Part shown: positions 32,664 to 42,436 of the stretch, one piece after another | Layout of the letters: the number at the start of each line of letters is the position of its first letter | Position numbering within the stretch: position 1 is the stretch's first letter | Translations under genes and position numbers: made by a program | Source: Amoebidium appalachense | Lineage: Eukaryota > Protista > Ichthyosporea | DNA length: 64,000 bases | NCBI GenBank assembly: GCA_963693365.1 | Contig: CAVNZM010000013.1 | Span: forward strand, 6,605,785-6,669,784 | Direction: 5' to 3' | The notes under the pieces: model-generated | The model's input: only the letters and a program-made list of their open reading frames with translations | Told to the model about the DNA's origin: nothing | The model's database searches: none

Positions 32664-33152
32664 TTAATATGCGTCATGGTGGCACTTGACGTTGGACTCC
32701 CAGTCACAGTAGTGCATCTTGGAGCTGAAAAGGGTCCCCTTGGGGCAGGTGTAAACCACTGGGCCCTGGTGCCCGCACACGCAATACTTAGCACAATCCT
32801 CCTCCACGGCATATGCGTTGTAGGGGCGCTTCTCCCAGTCAGCGGGGCACTGCTTGCACGGGGCAATGGGCTCATGGGTGGGCTGAGGGCGGTCGGTAGG
32901 GGCCACGTCCCAGTCGCAGTAGTGGAGGTCAGTGCTGAAGATGGTGCCGGCAGGGCAGTTGTAGTGCACGGCGCCCTGGTGACCGCACACATAGTAGGCA
33001 TAGGCGTCAGCGGGGTCGGGGTAGGCATTGTAGCTGCGGCTCTCCCAGTTGGCGGGGCAAGTGAACTTGTGACCGTGACCGTGTTCAACGGGAGCGGCGG
33101 AAACGAGGGCGGCAGCAGCGGCGACGCTGGCGGCAAGCAGAAGGGCGGACAT
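32664..33152 (-). CDS. Secreted chitin-binding protein with two CBM14/peritrophin-A domains (162 aa, intronless)
   Basis: ATG at 33152 gives signal peptide MSALLLAASVAAAAALVSA, followed by two repeats of C..YNAY...Y.VCGHQG....CP.GT.FS....CDW joined by a P/T-rich linker. GC-rich codon usage. Confidence 0.88.
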   Translation of the reverse strand: MSALLLAASVAAAAALVSAAPVEHGHGHKFTCPANWESRSYNAYPDPADAYAYYVCGHQGAVHYNCPAGTIFSTDLHYCDWDVAPTDRPQPTHEPIAPCKQCPADWEKRPYNAYAVEEDCAKYCVCGHQGPVVYTCPKGTLFSSKMHYCDWESNVKCHHDAY

Positions 33153-33270
33153 TTTTGCGTATGGAAGAAGGTTTGGTTGTGTTACTTGGACGTGTGTTAA
33201 TAGCACTTTTGGGGTACTTGCTGTTTGAGCAGGTGTTGTTTGTTGTGATAAGAATGTGTGATGCGAAGGC

Positions 33271-33356
33271 TTTATATACCACCGGCTTGGCGAGGTTGGA
33301 ATGGGTGTGCAATAACCAAGCAAAGATCTGATTGGCTAATATGTGCCACAGCCAAT
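33271..33356 (-). promoter_or_regulatory. TATA box and CCAAT boxes of the CBM14 gene
   Basis: TATATAAA on the minus strand at 33278-33271, about 120 nt upstream of the ATG; ATTGG at 33331-33335 and CCAAT at 33352-33356. Confidence 0.6.
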
Positions 33357-33797
33357 CGGCTCATAAGCCGCTCATTCTGGCTCATTACATCTATCGGTTA
33401 CGTTTAATTGGTCAGATCATAGAGCATGAGTAGACTCAATGCATTCCAATCTATAACGTAACGGCCTCATATAACATGGCACCTGTTCACTCAAGCGTTT
33501 TCAATGGAATAAATCGCTGCAACATTAACATCTTTTCAGTATTAATATATAAATACATGTATGAGGTTTTTTGAAGGCTAATTCCAAATAAGGATTTGTG
33601 TGACGCTTACGTGTCGTGCTCCTGCTGCCACCCCAACTCGCCCCCACCGTTAGCTGGGATCTACAGCCATGTGATTGGCTATCCTATTAACCAACAGTAA
33701 TGCGTGATACTAGACCTCCAGATCTCGGGAAGATTGCAAGCCAGATGCTCTGTCTTGTCTGTCTTGCCAAGTTTGGGTGTGCACAAGCAATTCCGGT

Positions 33798-33839
<42 letters not shown>

Positions 33840-35180
33840 CTCCCCCCCCCCCCTCCCCGGCCCCGTCCCTCCGGCCGTCCCCCTCCCGCCCCCCGCCTTG
33901 AACAGCCCACATGTACAGCCCTGCCTCCCTCCAAACGAAATAATAGCTTGCTTGGTCACGCCATTTGTCGTTTCATCGCCATCCCTATACAAACACATCG
34001 ATGTCAGAGGCTGTGCACTTTAAAAAGGCACATGTGACCGTGCCATTCTATATCTACTACAAACTTACACAGCAACACGCATGTGTAACCGTTAAGGGCC
34101 TGAAGTAGTAGACGGTACGTACACGTACACAGTACTGCGCACAGCGCTACTATTAGCGCTAGCGCTCGTTGGTAGATCTTTGACATCATCTGACTTTTGG
34201 GTGTAGTGTTACGGGAAGTAGGCTCTGGCCCTTCCGCGGCCGGATCCCTCCCCACCCCCTCAACCCCATCCCCTCCCCCCTCCCCCCTCCCCCTTCCCCG
34301 GAGGTGTTTTTGTACATGTGTTGACGTGTGTGAAATTCATGTAGTTTGGCACTCGGAAGCTTCGAAATTCTGACCGTCACGTGTTCTCCAATAGTGAGCT
34401 CGCACAACTCCAATCGGTATTGACCGTTAACGTTATATTACACGAGCTAGCACTGCGTGCACACATTGTCTACACATGTACAGTCACAGTCATCATGCAT
34501 TAATCATCACTGAATTTGCGTATGTGCACATCGACGCACACATGTACTACCCCTTACAGGTAATCATCACTTTACATGAGCTCGAGATTGAGTTTGTGAA
34601 CTAAATTTCATCATTTAGCACTAGTATGTACTTCAAAACATGTACACATGTAGACATATGCATGTCTTAGACTAGTCAGAAGATATGTATGTATGTATAT
34701 ACAGTACTAGTACGTGCCTCCAGCGCGGTGTGTCATGCAGTAGTCATGATGAGGATCGTATCACACCTCGATTATACTTTTGGGACTTAGTAACGTTAAC
34801 GGTCCAGCAGAGTCGGGAATCGGACAGAATGATCCATATCAGCTGGCCATGGTAAAGCCCCGGCCGGTGGTTGGTGTCCCATTTATGGCATCTGACGTCA
34901 TGCTGCAACTTGTGGATGCCTTATCAGGTCATAGGCAGTGGCTCAGAGGTCATGTGACCTCTCGGACGGAGAAAATGGCTTTTTGTGGCTATAGTGCCCG
35001 TTGGAGGTGTTACAGACGTCGGAGAACTACAGTTTCAAACTACACCACAGTACGTACTGAAGGATCTGGAGCTGTGGATCATTCCGATATTGTGTTTTCT
35101 TCTAAGCTGTCTCTCTGTCCCTCTCTCTCCGCTTGCCCTTCTTGGCCGCTTGTGGTATACCACACGCACCACACACAACC

Positions 35181-35273
<93 letters not shown>

Positions 35274-35275
35274 TG

Positions 35276-35329
<54 letters not shown>

Positions 35330-35331
35330 AT

Positions 35332-35367
<36 letters not shown>

Positions 35368-35504
35368 GCACGCACACGCACATGCACGCGTACACGCACA
35401 CACACACATACACACACGCACACACCGTGACACGTGTACACACCAGCCAGGTTGCATTCAATTCAATGATGATTATCGATTCCTAGGAATGACCATAGCA
35501 GCTG

Positions 35505-35724
35505 GAGAGGAGTGTACACCCACGGTGGTAGGGCAACATATTCATGTGTCGACGTCAAGCACATTTTCATCTTCTTCCTGTATGTAACCTTGTATCATTT
35601 GCAGTCGTTTTTCAGAGAGGAGTGTACACCCACGGTGGTAGGGCAACATATTCATGTGTCGACGTCAAGCACATTTTCATCTTCTTCCTGTATGTAACCT
35701 TGTATCATTTGCAGTCGTTTTTCA
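35505..35724 (+). repeat. Exact 110-bp tandem duplication
   Basis: 35505-35614 is identical to 35615-35724 (GAGAGGAGTGTACACCC...GCAGTCGTTTTTCA). Confidence 0.92.
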
Positions 35725-35791
35725 GTTTAAGGCCACTACTTACGGTACTGACCTGGGCCCGCAATAAAGTACTGAAAATGGACTACGATAC

Positions 35792-35844
<53 letters not shown>

Positions 35845-35905
35845 AAAAAAAAAAAAGCACACACACACATGCCACTGACACACACACACACAGATACATA
35901 TACGT

Positions 35906-36025
<120 letters not shown>

Positions 36026-36082
36026 GCACGCACACACGCACACACGCACACACACGCACACACACACACACACGCACACACA

Positions 36083-36138
<56 letters not shown>

Positions 36139-36805
36139 CACAATGCTACACACACACACTCACAAGCACAATGCGACACACACGCCCACACATGAGCACA
36201 CGTGCGGGCACGCACCCCCGCTGTAAACTCGTGCCGTTCGCGTGCTCGCTTACATACATGTACAGATCCGCTCTGTATTCGCTATGTACTTGATCACTCG
36301 AATGGAACAAAAGTCGCATGATGGATCAGCCATCAGCGCGCGTACCTTTTGGCCTATAGCGGTTAGAGCTCCCAGCTCGCATCCGCGAGGATTGAGGCGA
36401 GACGCACCAAAGTTTACATTGGCGCCCAACCCCAGGTAGACTGAAAGCCAAGTCCTCACTTGCGCAAGTAGGTCCGCGACCCTGCGACCGCACAGGGTGA
36501 CGTCACGGGTAACGCCCTGGTCCGCCCAGGTTCCGTTGACCGCTCCCCTCGCGCATGAGATGACTGCAGCGATGCTCACGCGACCCTGGCACTCCAGCTG
36601 CATCCGTGAAGCTAGCAGGCAGGATGTAAGCCCTGTCACACAGGCAGCCTGTGAGTTCTCCGGCTCCTTGCCGATCATACGGATCGCATGTGAGAGACTG
36701 GGGTCACGTCCCTGGCGGCGCCCCGTGCACCGGTCCACAAGCAGCACGGACTCTGATTGGTAGGGTGGACCAACCGGGTCTCGAGGGCGAGACTACTTCA
36801 TCCCT

Positions 36806-36836
<31 letters not shown>

Positions 36837-36892
36837 ATGTAAACTCGCGCCGTTCGCGTGCTCGCTTACATACAGATCCGCCCTGTATTCGC

Positions 36893-36946
36893 AGTCGCAC
36901 ACATCGATTCAGTCGCACACATCGATTCAGTCGCACACATCGATTC
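36893..36946 (+). repeat. 3 x 18-bp tandem repeat at the LTR break point
   Basis: AGTCGCACACATCGATTC three times. Confidence 0.92.
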
Positions 36947-37052
36947 AAATGTCGCTTTTTATTATCTGCTAATAAATAGTATCCTTCGCGCATCCACCCC
37001 TAAACCAGGCCATCCGTGGCCCTAAGGGCCGGGGAACACCCCCATCCATGTC

Positions 37053-38144
37053 ATGGCACATGCCTATAATCGTTTCAGAACCTCTTTCAAAGTTCCATCT
37101 ACACCCATCACACATGTGCGACCATTAAAACGTCCAGCAGATACACCTACCACAGATGCACAACCAGAAAAACATCGCCTTAGACTAAGCGCAACACCTA
37201 TTTACAATACACTACCCATTCAGAATAACACCACACCACTCCGTAGAAACACAATAACAACCATGCCGAAACTTTCGGTTGATACAGTACTGGCAGAACT
37301 TGCCCTCGTTAAGAAACAGCTAAATGAGCTGTTACCACTCAAGAACATGATAGAAAAACTCCAAACAGAAAATACCCAACTCAAGCTCACCATTGATTCA
37401 CTCACAGCCCAGCTAAACATTAGTGGATCGCAAAACCCCAAAACTCATGAGCAAACATCTCGCGACGGAGACATTTCCACCCCAACACAAAACAACACAG
37501 GACCGGAAGCACAGCTCCCGGCAGAGTTCCTAGAATATGCGAACTCTCGTAAAACACCCGAGCTCCGCCAAATTGCCAAGGAAACATATGCCAGCATTCT
37601 TGCAGGCAACGAGTACCGCCGCAACTCCCCTCCCAAACCGCCGGCTAAGGGGAACACCCAAGCAAACGGTAACATCAACATCCCACCCAAATACGAGAGG
37701 GTGTATTTCAAAGTCAAGCACGGCAGACGCCCACACAGGGCCATGTGGTCCATCTTCAAGGCTCTCGGCTTCCGGTGCTCTCGCATCCTTTGTCTGTCCT
37801 TCATTGGATACGATGTGCTGGAAGTAGCAGTACGGGGCGACTATAACCGTGTGTTCATCCGTGACGCGACAAAGGGGTGTGGAAGCTTCTTCACCCACCT
37901 CCCAAGCTACGACCCATGCGCGCCGGAAAACATTCAGAAAGCAGACAAAGAACGTAAAGTGTCTGCTAAGAATGCGTGCGCCACACGTTGTCGTGTACGC
38001 ATCAGCAAGGCAAAAGAGTTCCTCGCAAAGTTGGAAAACGATGCTACGAGCGTGATAGACACGGACACGAAGGAACCAATGTTTTCTGGTGAGAAACTGC
38101 TCGAGCGCAAACGCCGATGCGAGATGGAAATCGAGCTCTTCTGA
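37053..38144 (+). CDS. LINE ORF1 protein (coiled coil plus putative RNA-binding domain)
   Basis: 363-aa intronless ORF directly upstream of ORF2, with a heptad region LAELALVKKQL...LKLTIDSLTAQL. Confidence 0.8.
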   Translation: MAHAYNRFRTSFKVPSTPITHVRPLKRPADTPTTDAQPEKHRLRLSATPIYNTLPIQNNTTPLRRNTITTMPKLSVDTVLAELALVKKQLNELLPLKNMIEKLQTENTQLKLTIDSLTAQLNISGSQNPKTHEQTSRDGDISTPTQNNTGPEAQLPAEFLEYANSRKTPELRQIAKETYASILAGNEYRRNSPPKPPAKGNTQANGNINIPPKYERVYFKVKHGRRPHRAMWSIFKALGFRCSRILCLSFIGYDVLEVAVRGDYNRVFIRDATKGCGSFFTHLPSYDPCAPENIQKADKERKVSAKNACATRCRVRISKAKEFLAKLENDATSVIDTDTKEPMFSGEKLLERKRRCEMEIELF

Positions 38145-38230
38145 GGAATTGTTCGCGCTGGCGGAAGGTCGTGCATACGACCCCGTAAGCGACAAGTGGG
38201 AACCAACCCCACAGGTGTCGGACCAAACCG

Positions 38231-41200
38231 ATGCCTAATTTATCCTTCTTCTTCTGGAATGCTCGGACACTGGGCCCCCAAAAGGGCCTCCCCCCCGGGA
38301 CACTCGACGATAAAATCAGCTACATACAACAACAGACAAACAACCACACGTTTACAGTGATTTGCGAAACACAGTTTAAAAACCACCACAAATTCAACTC
38401 TACATTGGTCGACACATCCACACACCCCGGTTACGCGAAAAACCGAGGCATTATTGTACTTGCCGCACCACACGTGAGAGTGAAGTGCAAACCGGTAGCA
38501 AAAACGGAATTCTCGGTTTCTATAGAGTTTCTTTCTAATGTTTTTACTTTTGTATATTACCCACCATCTATGTCGGTTGTCGAATTGACTCACGAGTTGT
38601 CACAGTTACCAATGTCCACTGTTATTTTAGGTGATTTTAACACGCGACTCCACCACACAGACACACTGCAAGTGAGTGTCGGGTACCCATCTAAGCCCCC
38701 GGAGCGTGCTATCCCTTTAGCAAGGTATGTCCAAAGTCACACTTTGCGGTTCCCTCAAATATCCCATGCCCACAACACCGACTGGGGAGTGGCCTTTTGG
38801 CCATCAACCATGTCAAAACTCTCTCTCCCTCCTAACCTCTCTAGGTCATCTGACCACTCTCCTATCCTTTTCCTACCTAAGATCTCCCTTGATCTGCTCC
38901 CCCCTCCCCCTCCCACCTTTCGCCTCCGTCTATCCCAGCTTAAGTCACAGTGGGGTAGAGTTGATGTATGTGTATGCTATGCTACGAAACACCCTATATA
39001 TATGCGCCTATTAGAATCTGCACAAGCCAGGCCAGATTCACATCTCGTACTAGATACATGCACTAACTTTATTGTTGATGATTTGATAGATCTCGGTGAT
39101 TATGCTGGCGGTGGTAGGAAGGAATATCCCGATGCTCTCTTGTTACCAAACACCACTCCCGCTAGACTAGGTGAACCCCTGTCTCAAAAGGAAAGCTTGC
39201 GCCGGCTTGCTAGTATGAATCGATTTGGCCCCCCTGCTCGTATTATTGGTGATACCACTGGAGACCCCCTCATAGACTCTGATAAGTATTTCTCGGAACT
39301 GTTTAAAGATAGGACCCCCGCTCAGAAACCTATTGTGTGGCCTGTAGACCCATCTATCCCCATAGAATCGATCCTCCCCTTTTTCAGTCCCGATGCCATA
39401 TGGTCTGTGATATCTAGTTATAGCTCTAGTAAGTCTTGTGGACCTGATGGACTCCCTGCTGGGTTTCTTAAAATCCTTGTTCCCTCCTACCCACAAAAGG
39501 AAAGTGATCGTGCTATTAAACCTGATCTTACTATCATGTTAAGCTCTCTCTTTTCTTGGTGTGTTAAATGTGGACATGTCCCGTCATCTTGGTTAGATAC
39601 CTTAGTGATCCCCATAGTTAAGAAGGACTCTGAGGGCCCCATATCATCCTTTCGCCCCATTACACTAACCCAGGTTGTTCGTAGATTCTTTGAAGCTTGC
39701 TTACTTAGGTTATTTGCACATCACCCTAGGTTTCAATCTATTCTTCACATACACCCATGCCAATCCGCTTTTCGTAAAAACAATTCATGTTATGTTCAAA
39801 TAATGGCACTGCACGATTCTATGCAAGTTGGTGCACAATATGTTGGCTTTATTGATTGGAAAACTGCTTACGATTCTGTCTCCCCTGGTCTCCTATGGGA
39901 AAAGCTTGCTGCACGGGGTGTACCACACTGCATTGGTGTTCTGTTAGAAGCACTCTTGTCTCAAACCTATGGTAGAGCTGTGGTTAATGGGCATCTTTCA
40001 TATGGTTTTGCTCGTACTAGAGGTCTCTTGCAGGGTTCATTGCTTAGCCCCTTTTTGTTTAACCTATTTATAGATGATTTGGCTGTCAAGATTTACGCCG
40101 AAAACGATGACCCTATTAATAACTTTCCGCCTGCACTTCTCTATGCTGATGATCTGTCCCTCCTTGCCCGTACCCCTAGACGCCTGCAAAGATTGTTCGA
40201 TGTAGTGTCAGAGTGGTGCAAGGCAAACCTTATGATCCTTAACATAGACAAATGTGGTGTTCTTGTACCTGATATAGCTAACAATTTACACACATTTACA
40301 TTATCATCTAAACCTGTACCTATAGTTCCAGAATACAAATATCTTGGTGTTCCGGTTGATTCTGTTGGTGTTATGTTTCCCCATATGGTCGAAAAGAGGG
40401 TAGAGTTGGCTCGTAAGCGGTTAGCTTTCTTCTCGGCTAATATTTTTAAAGACACACCCCTCCATCCTTCTATTAGACTTACATTTATTCGCACTTTTGT
40501 CTTCCCGGCATGTGAATATGGTTTACCCCTTCTCGCTGCTTGGATCAAGAAAGAGAGAACTAGAGCGCTTAAACCCTTGGCAAATTTCCTTGAAGCAGAA
40601 GTTGCCTCCTTTCTATCTAACAACTGTTGTAAACCTGGGCCTGTAACGCTCTCGATATATGGTCTGGTCCCAATAGCTGCTAGAGTATCCTATCTCGCGC
40701 TGAAATTCAATAAGCACATAAGCCGCTTAAAGAAGTATTTGCCCTCCCACCCTCTCTTCTCTATCCGACCTGTCCCCTCCTCACCTCTCCCCTCTTTCCT
40801 CCCCTCTCTCTCCCCTTCTCCCCTGGGCACAAATACAAATAAACCCCGCAATAGTGTGTGTGTGACTTTGGACTGCCACTTACTTATTAAACATGTACAC
40901 AATCACAAGATAATCACGCAATATAACAAATGGAAAAAGATACCACACGACACTAGACCCGATGAAAGCATACACCTTGAAAAACTAAGCCTTATGTCTC
41001 GTTTTATATATACTGACCGCCTCAACCATATTGCCAAATATGGCACTCGCAAGTGTATAACACCTAAATACATATTACCTTCCTGTAGAACTGGTCTTTC
41101 TCTAGCTGATGGTATTATTGATCAATTACCACGCTTTTACTGTACACGTGCTATACAGTGGAGATCTAATAAGTATAAGGTGGCATCATTTGCATGCCCA

Positions 41201-41425
41201 AACAACACACACACACACCAGTTTAACCGGTCATGTATCGCCAACTGTAGTTTGATAGACCACATAATACCGCAACACACACACGTCACATTCACAACAG
41301 ACACCCAGAAAGATAGCCTACCTGTAAATTACAACATCCTTGATTTTATACTAAACACGCGTAACTACGACCTGTTTATTAGATGTATTGATTGGCTTGA
41401 GAAACACATCACTACAAAATTATAG
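38231..41425 (+). CDS. LINE ORF2: apurinic endonuclease plus reverse transcriptase
   Basis: 1064 aa. APE motifs WNAR, CETQ, GDFN, SDHSP. RT motifs KSCGPDGLP, FRPITL, QSAFRK, FIDWKTAYDSV, RGLLQGSLLSPFLFNLFIDDL, LYADD, YKYLGV. C-terminal Cys/His cluster. Confidence 0.97.
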   Translation: MPNLSFFFWNARTLGPQKGLPPGTLDDKISYIQQQTNNHTFTVICETQFKNHHKFNSTLVDTSTHPGYAKNRGIIVLAAPHVRVKCKPVAKTEFSVSIEFLSNVFTFVYYPPSMSVVELTHELSQLPMSTVILGDFNTRLHHTDTLQVSVGYPSKPPERAIPLARYVQSHTLRFPQISHAHNTDWGVAFWPSTMSKLSLPPNLSRSSDHSPILFLPKISLDLLPPPPPTFRLRLSQLKSQWGRVDVCVCYATKHPIYMRLLESAQARPDSHLVLDTCTNFIVDDLIDLGDYAGGGRKEYPDALLLPNTTPARLGEPLSQKESLRRLASMNRFGPPARIIGDTTGDPLIDSDKYFSELFKDRTPAQKPIVWPVDPSIPIESILPFFSPDAIWSVISSYSSSKSCGPDGLPAGFLKILVPSYPQKESDRAIKPDLTIMLSSLFSWCVKCGHVPSSWLDTLVIPIVKKDSEGPISSFRPITLTQVVRRFFEACLLRLFAHHPRFQSILHIHPCQSAFRKNNSCYVQIMALHDSMQVGAQYVGFIDWKTAYDSVSPGLLWEKLAARGVPHCIGVLLEALLSQTYGRAVVNGHLSYGFARTRGLLQGSLLSPFLFNLFIDDLAVKIYAENDDPINNFPPALLYADDLSLLARTPRRLQRLFDVVSEWCKANLMILNIDKCGVLVPDIANNLHTFTLSSKPVPIVPEYKYLGVPVDSVGVMFPHMVEKRVELARKRLAFFSANIFKDTPLHPSIRLTFIRTFVFPACEYGLPLLAAWIKKERTRALKPLANFLEAEVASFLSNNCCKPGPVTLSIYGLVPIAARVSYLALKFNKHISRLKKYLPSHPLFSIRPVPSSPLPSFLPSLSPSPLGTNTNKPRNSVCVTLDCHLLIKHVHNHKIITQYNKWKKIPHDTRPDESIHLEKLSLMSRFIYTDRLNHIAKYGTRKCITPKYILPSCRTGLSLADGIIDQLPRFYCTRAIQWRSNKYKVASFACPNNTHTHQFNRSCIANCSLIDHIIPQHTHVTFTTDTQKDSLPVNYNILDFILNTRNYDLFIRCIDWLEKHITTKL

Positions 41426-41429
41426 CGCA

Positions 41430-41508
<79 letters not shown>

Positions 41509-41540
41509 CCAGCTGATACCGAGTGTCCCGAGGGGAGCCC

Positions 41541-41593
<53 letters not shown>

Positions 41594-41849
41594 GGGGAAC
41601 CCCAACTAATTGATTTCTCCTTGTAGTCTTTATGGTGTCTCGTAGAGAAAGTAAACCCTGATATATAGTCACCACCCGACATCTATGTACGTGATCATGA
41701 TATACCGCTGAGGGGATATTCCGAGCAAACCCCCCCCCCCCATACCTGAGACTGGTTCTCTTTGCCTCGAGTAAACAGCGTAAACCCCCTATGTACTTGA
41801 TCACTCGAGTGGAACAAAAGCCGCATGATGGACCAGCCATCAGCGCGCG

Positions 41850-41926
41850 TACCTTTTGGCTTAGCGGTTAGAGCTCCCAGCTCGCAGCCGCGAGGATTGA
41901 GGTTCGAATCCTGAATCCGCCACGCC
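41850..41926 (+). pseudogene. tRNA-derived (Ala-CGC-like) sequence with Pol III A and B boxes inside the LTR
   Basis: A box TGGCTTAGCGG at 41857-41867; D stem GCTT/GAGC; anticodon loop CTCGCAG; B box GGTTCGAATCC at 41901-41911. Acceptor and anticodon stems are degenerate, so this is not a functional tRNA. The partial copy at 36350-36397 lacks the B box. Confidence 0.7.
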
Positions 41927-42398
41927 AAATTTTGTGTCCCCGAGACGGCACCGCGCATAGGTACACAACCACGACCAACTGAACAGCACCAGCAGCACAA
42001 TTTCAACTCAATTAACTTTTTCATTGAATGGATTTTTAAAATCATTATGGCATGTAAAGTGTTCACAAACTGAATAATTGCCCTCGTCACCGAGGCTTCA
42101 GCCACAAAAACACCTGCGCAGGCTTCTTGGTGGTAGTGGTGTTGGTGTTGGTGGTGTTGTGTGGTGAGCTCGAGGGGATAGGGATAAAAGGGAGAAGGGG
42201 GGTTATGTATTCTAGAGCATTGAGGCTATGTATAAATGGTTCGATGCTAGGCAGATGACTCAGAGACGTCACCAGCAGTGTCACATATGCGCACAGTACT
42301 GAAGGTCAGCAACTGACAAGCAGTCACAAGCACTCAATGTGCATGTTGTTATATCGCTGCAGGGGAAGGTGAGGGAGTGATGGAACGGCAAGAAAAAT

Positions 42399-42436
<38 letters not shown>

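Larger units (their letters stand above)
36893..41592 (+). mobile_element. Non-LTR retrotransposon (LINE, APE-RT type), near full length
   Basis: ORF1 and ORF2, followed by a (CA)n tract and a poly(A) tail at 41545-41592. The 5' end is either 36893 or 37038 (candidate TSD CGGGGAAC at 37030-37037 and 41593-41600). Confidence 0.92.
36222..41950 (+). mobile_element. Non-autonomous miniature LTR retrotransposon (TRIM-like, Gypsy-type ends); 3' LTR interrupted by a LINE
   Basis: 5' LTR 36222-36418 is bounded by TGTAAACT...AGTTTACA. PBS TGGCGCCCAAC at 36420-36430 (tRNA-Lys type). Non-coding interior of about 420 bp ends CTCGAGGGCGAG...TTTG(n)A (PPT). 3' LTR starts TGTAAACT at 36838, breaks at 36892 and resumes at 41789-41950. 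Candidate 4-bp TSD CCGC (36218-36221, 41951-41954). Confidence 0.82.

Noticed and set aside
32619-33200. 193-aa plus-strand ORF
   Set aside because: Antisense shadow of the GC-rich CBM14 gene.
38142-38144. UGA readthrough or selenocysteine fusing LINE ORF1 to ORF2
   Set aside because: ORF2 is in a different frame, and readthrough meets a TAA shortly after.
41850-41926. Functional tRNA-Ala gene
   Set aside because: The acceptor stem does not pair and the anticodon stem has mismatches; it is embedded in an LTR.
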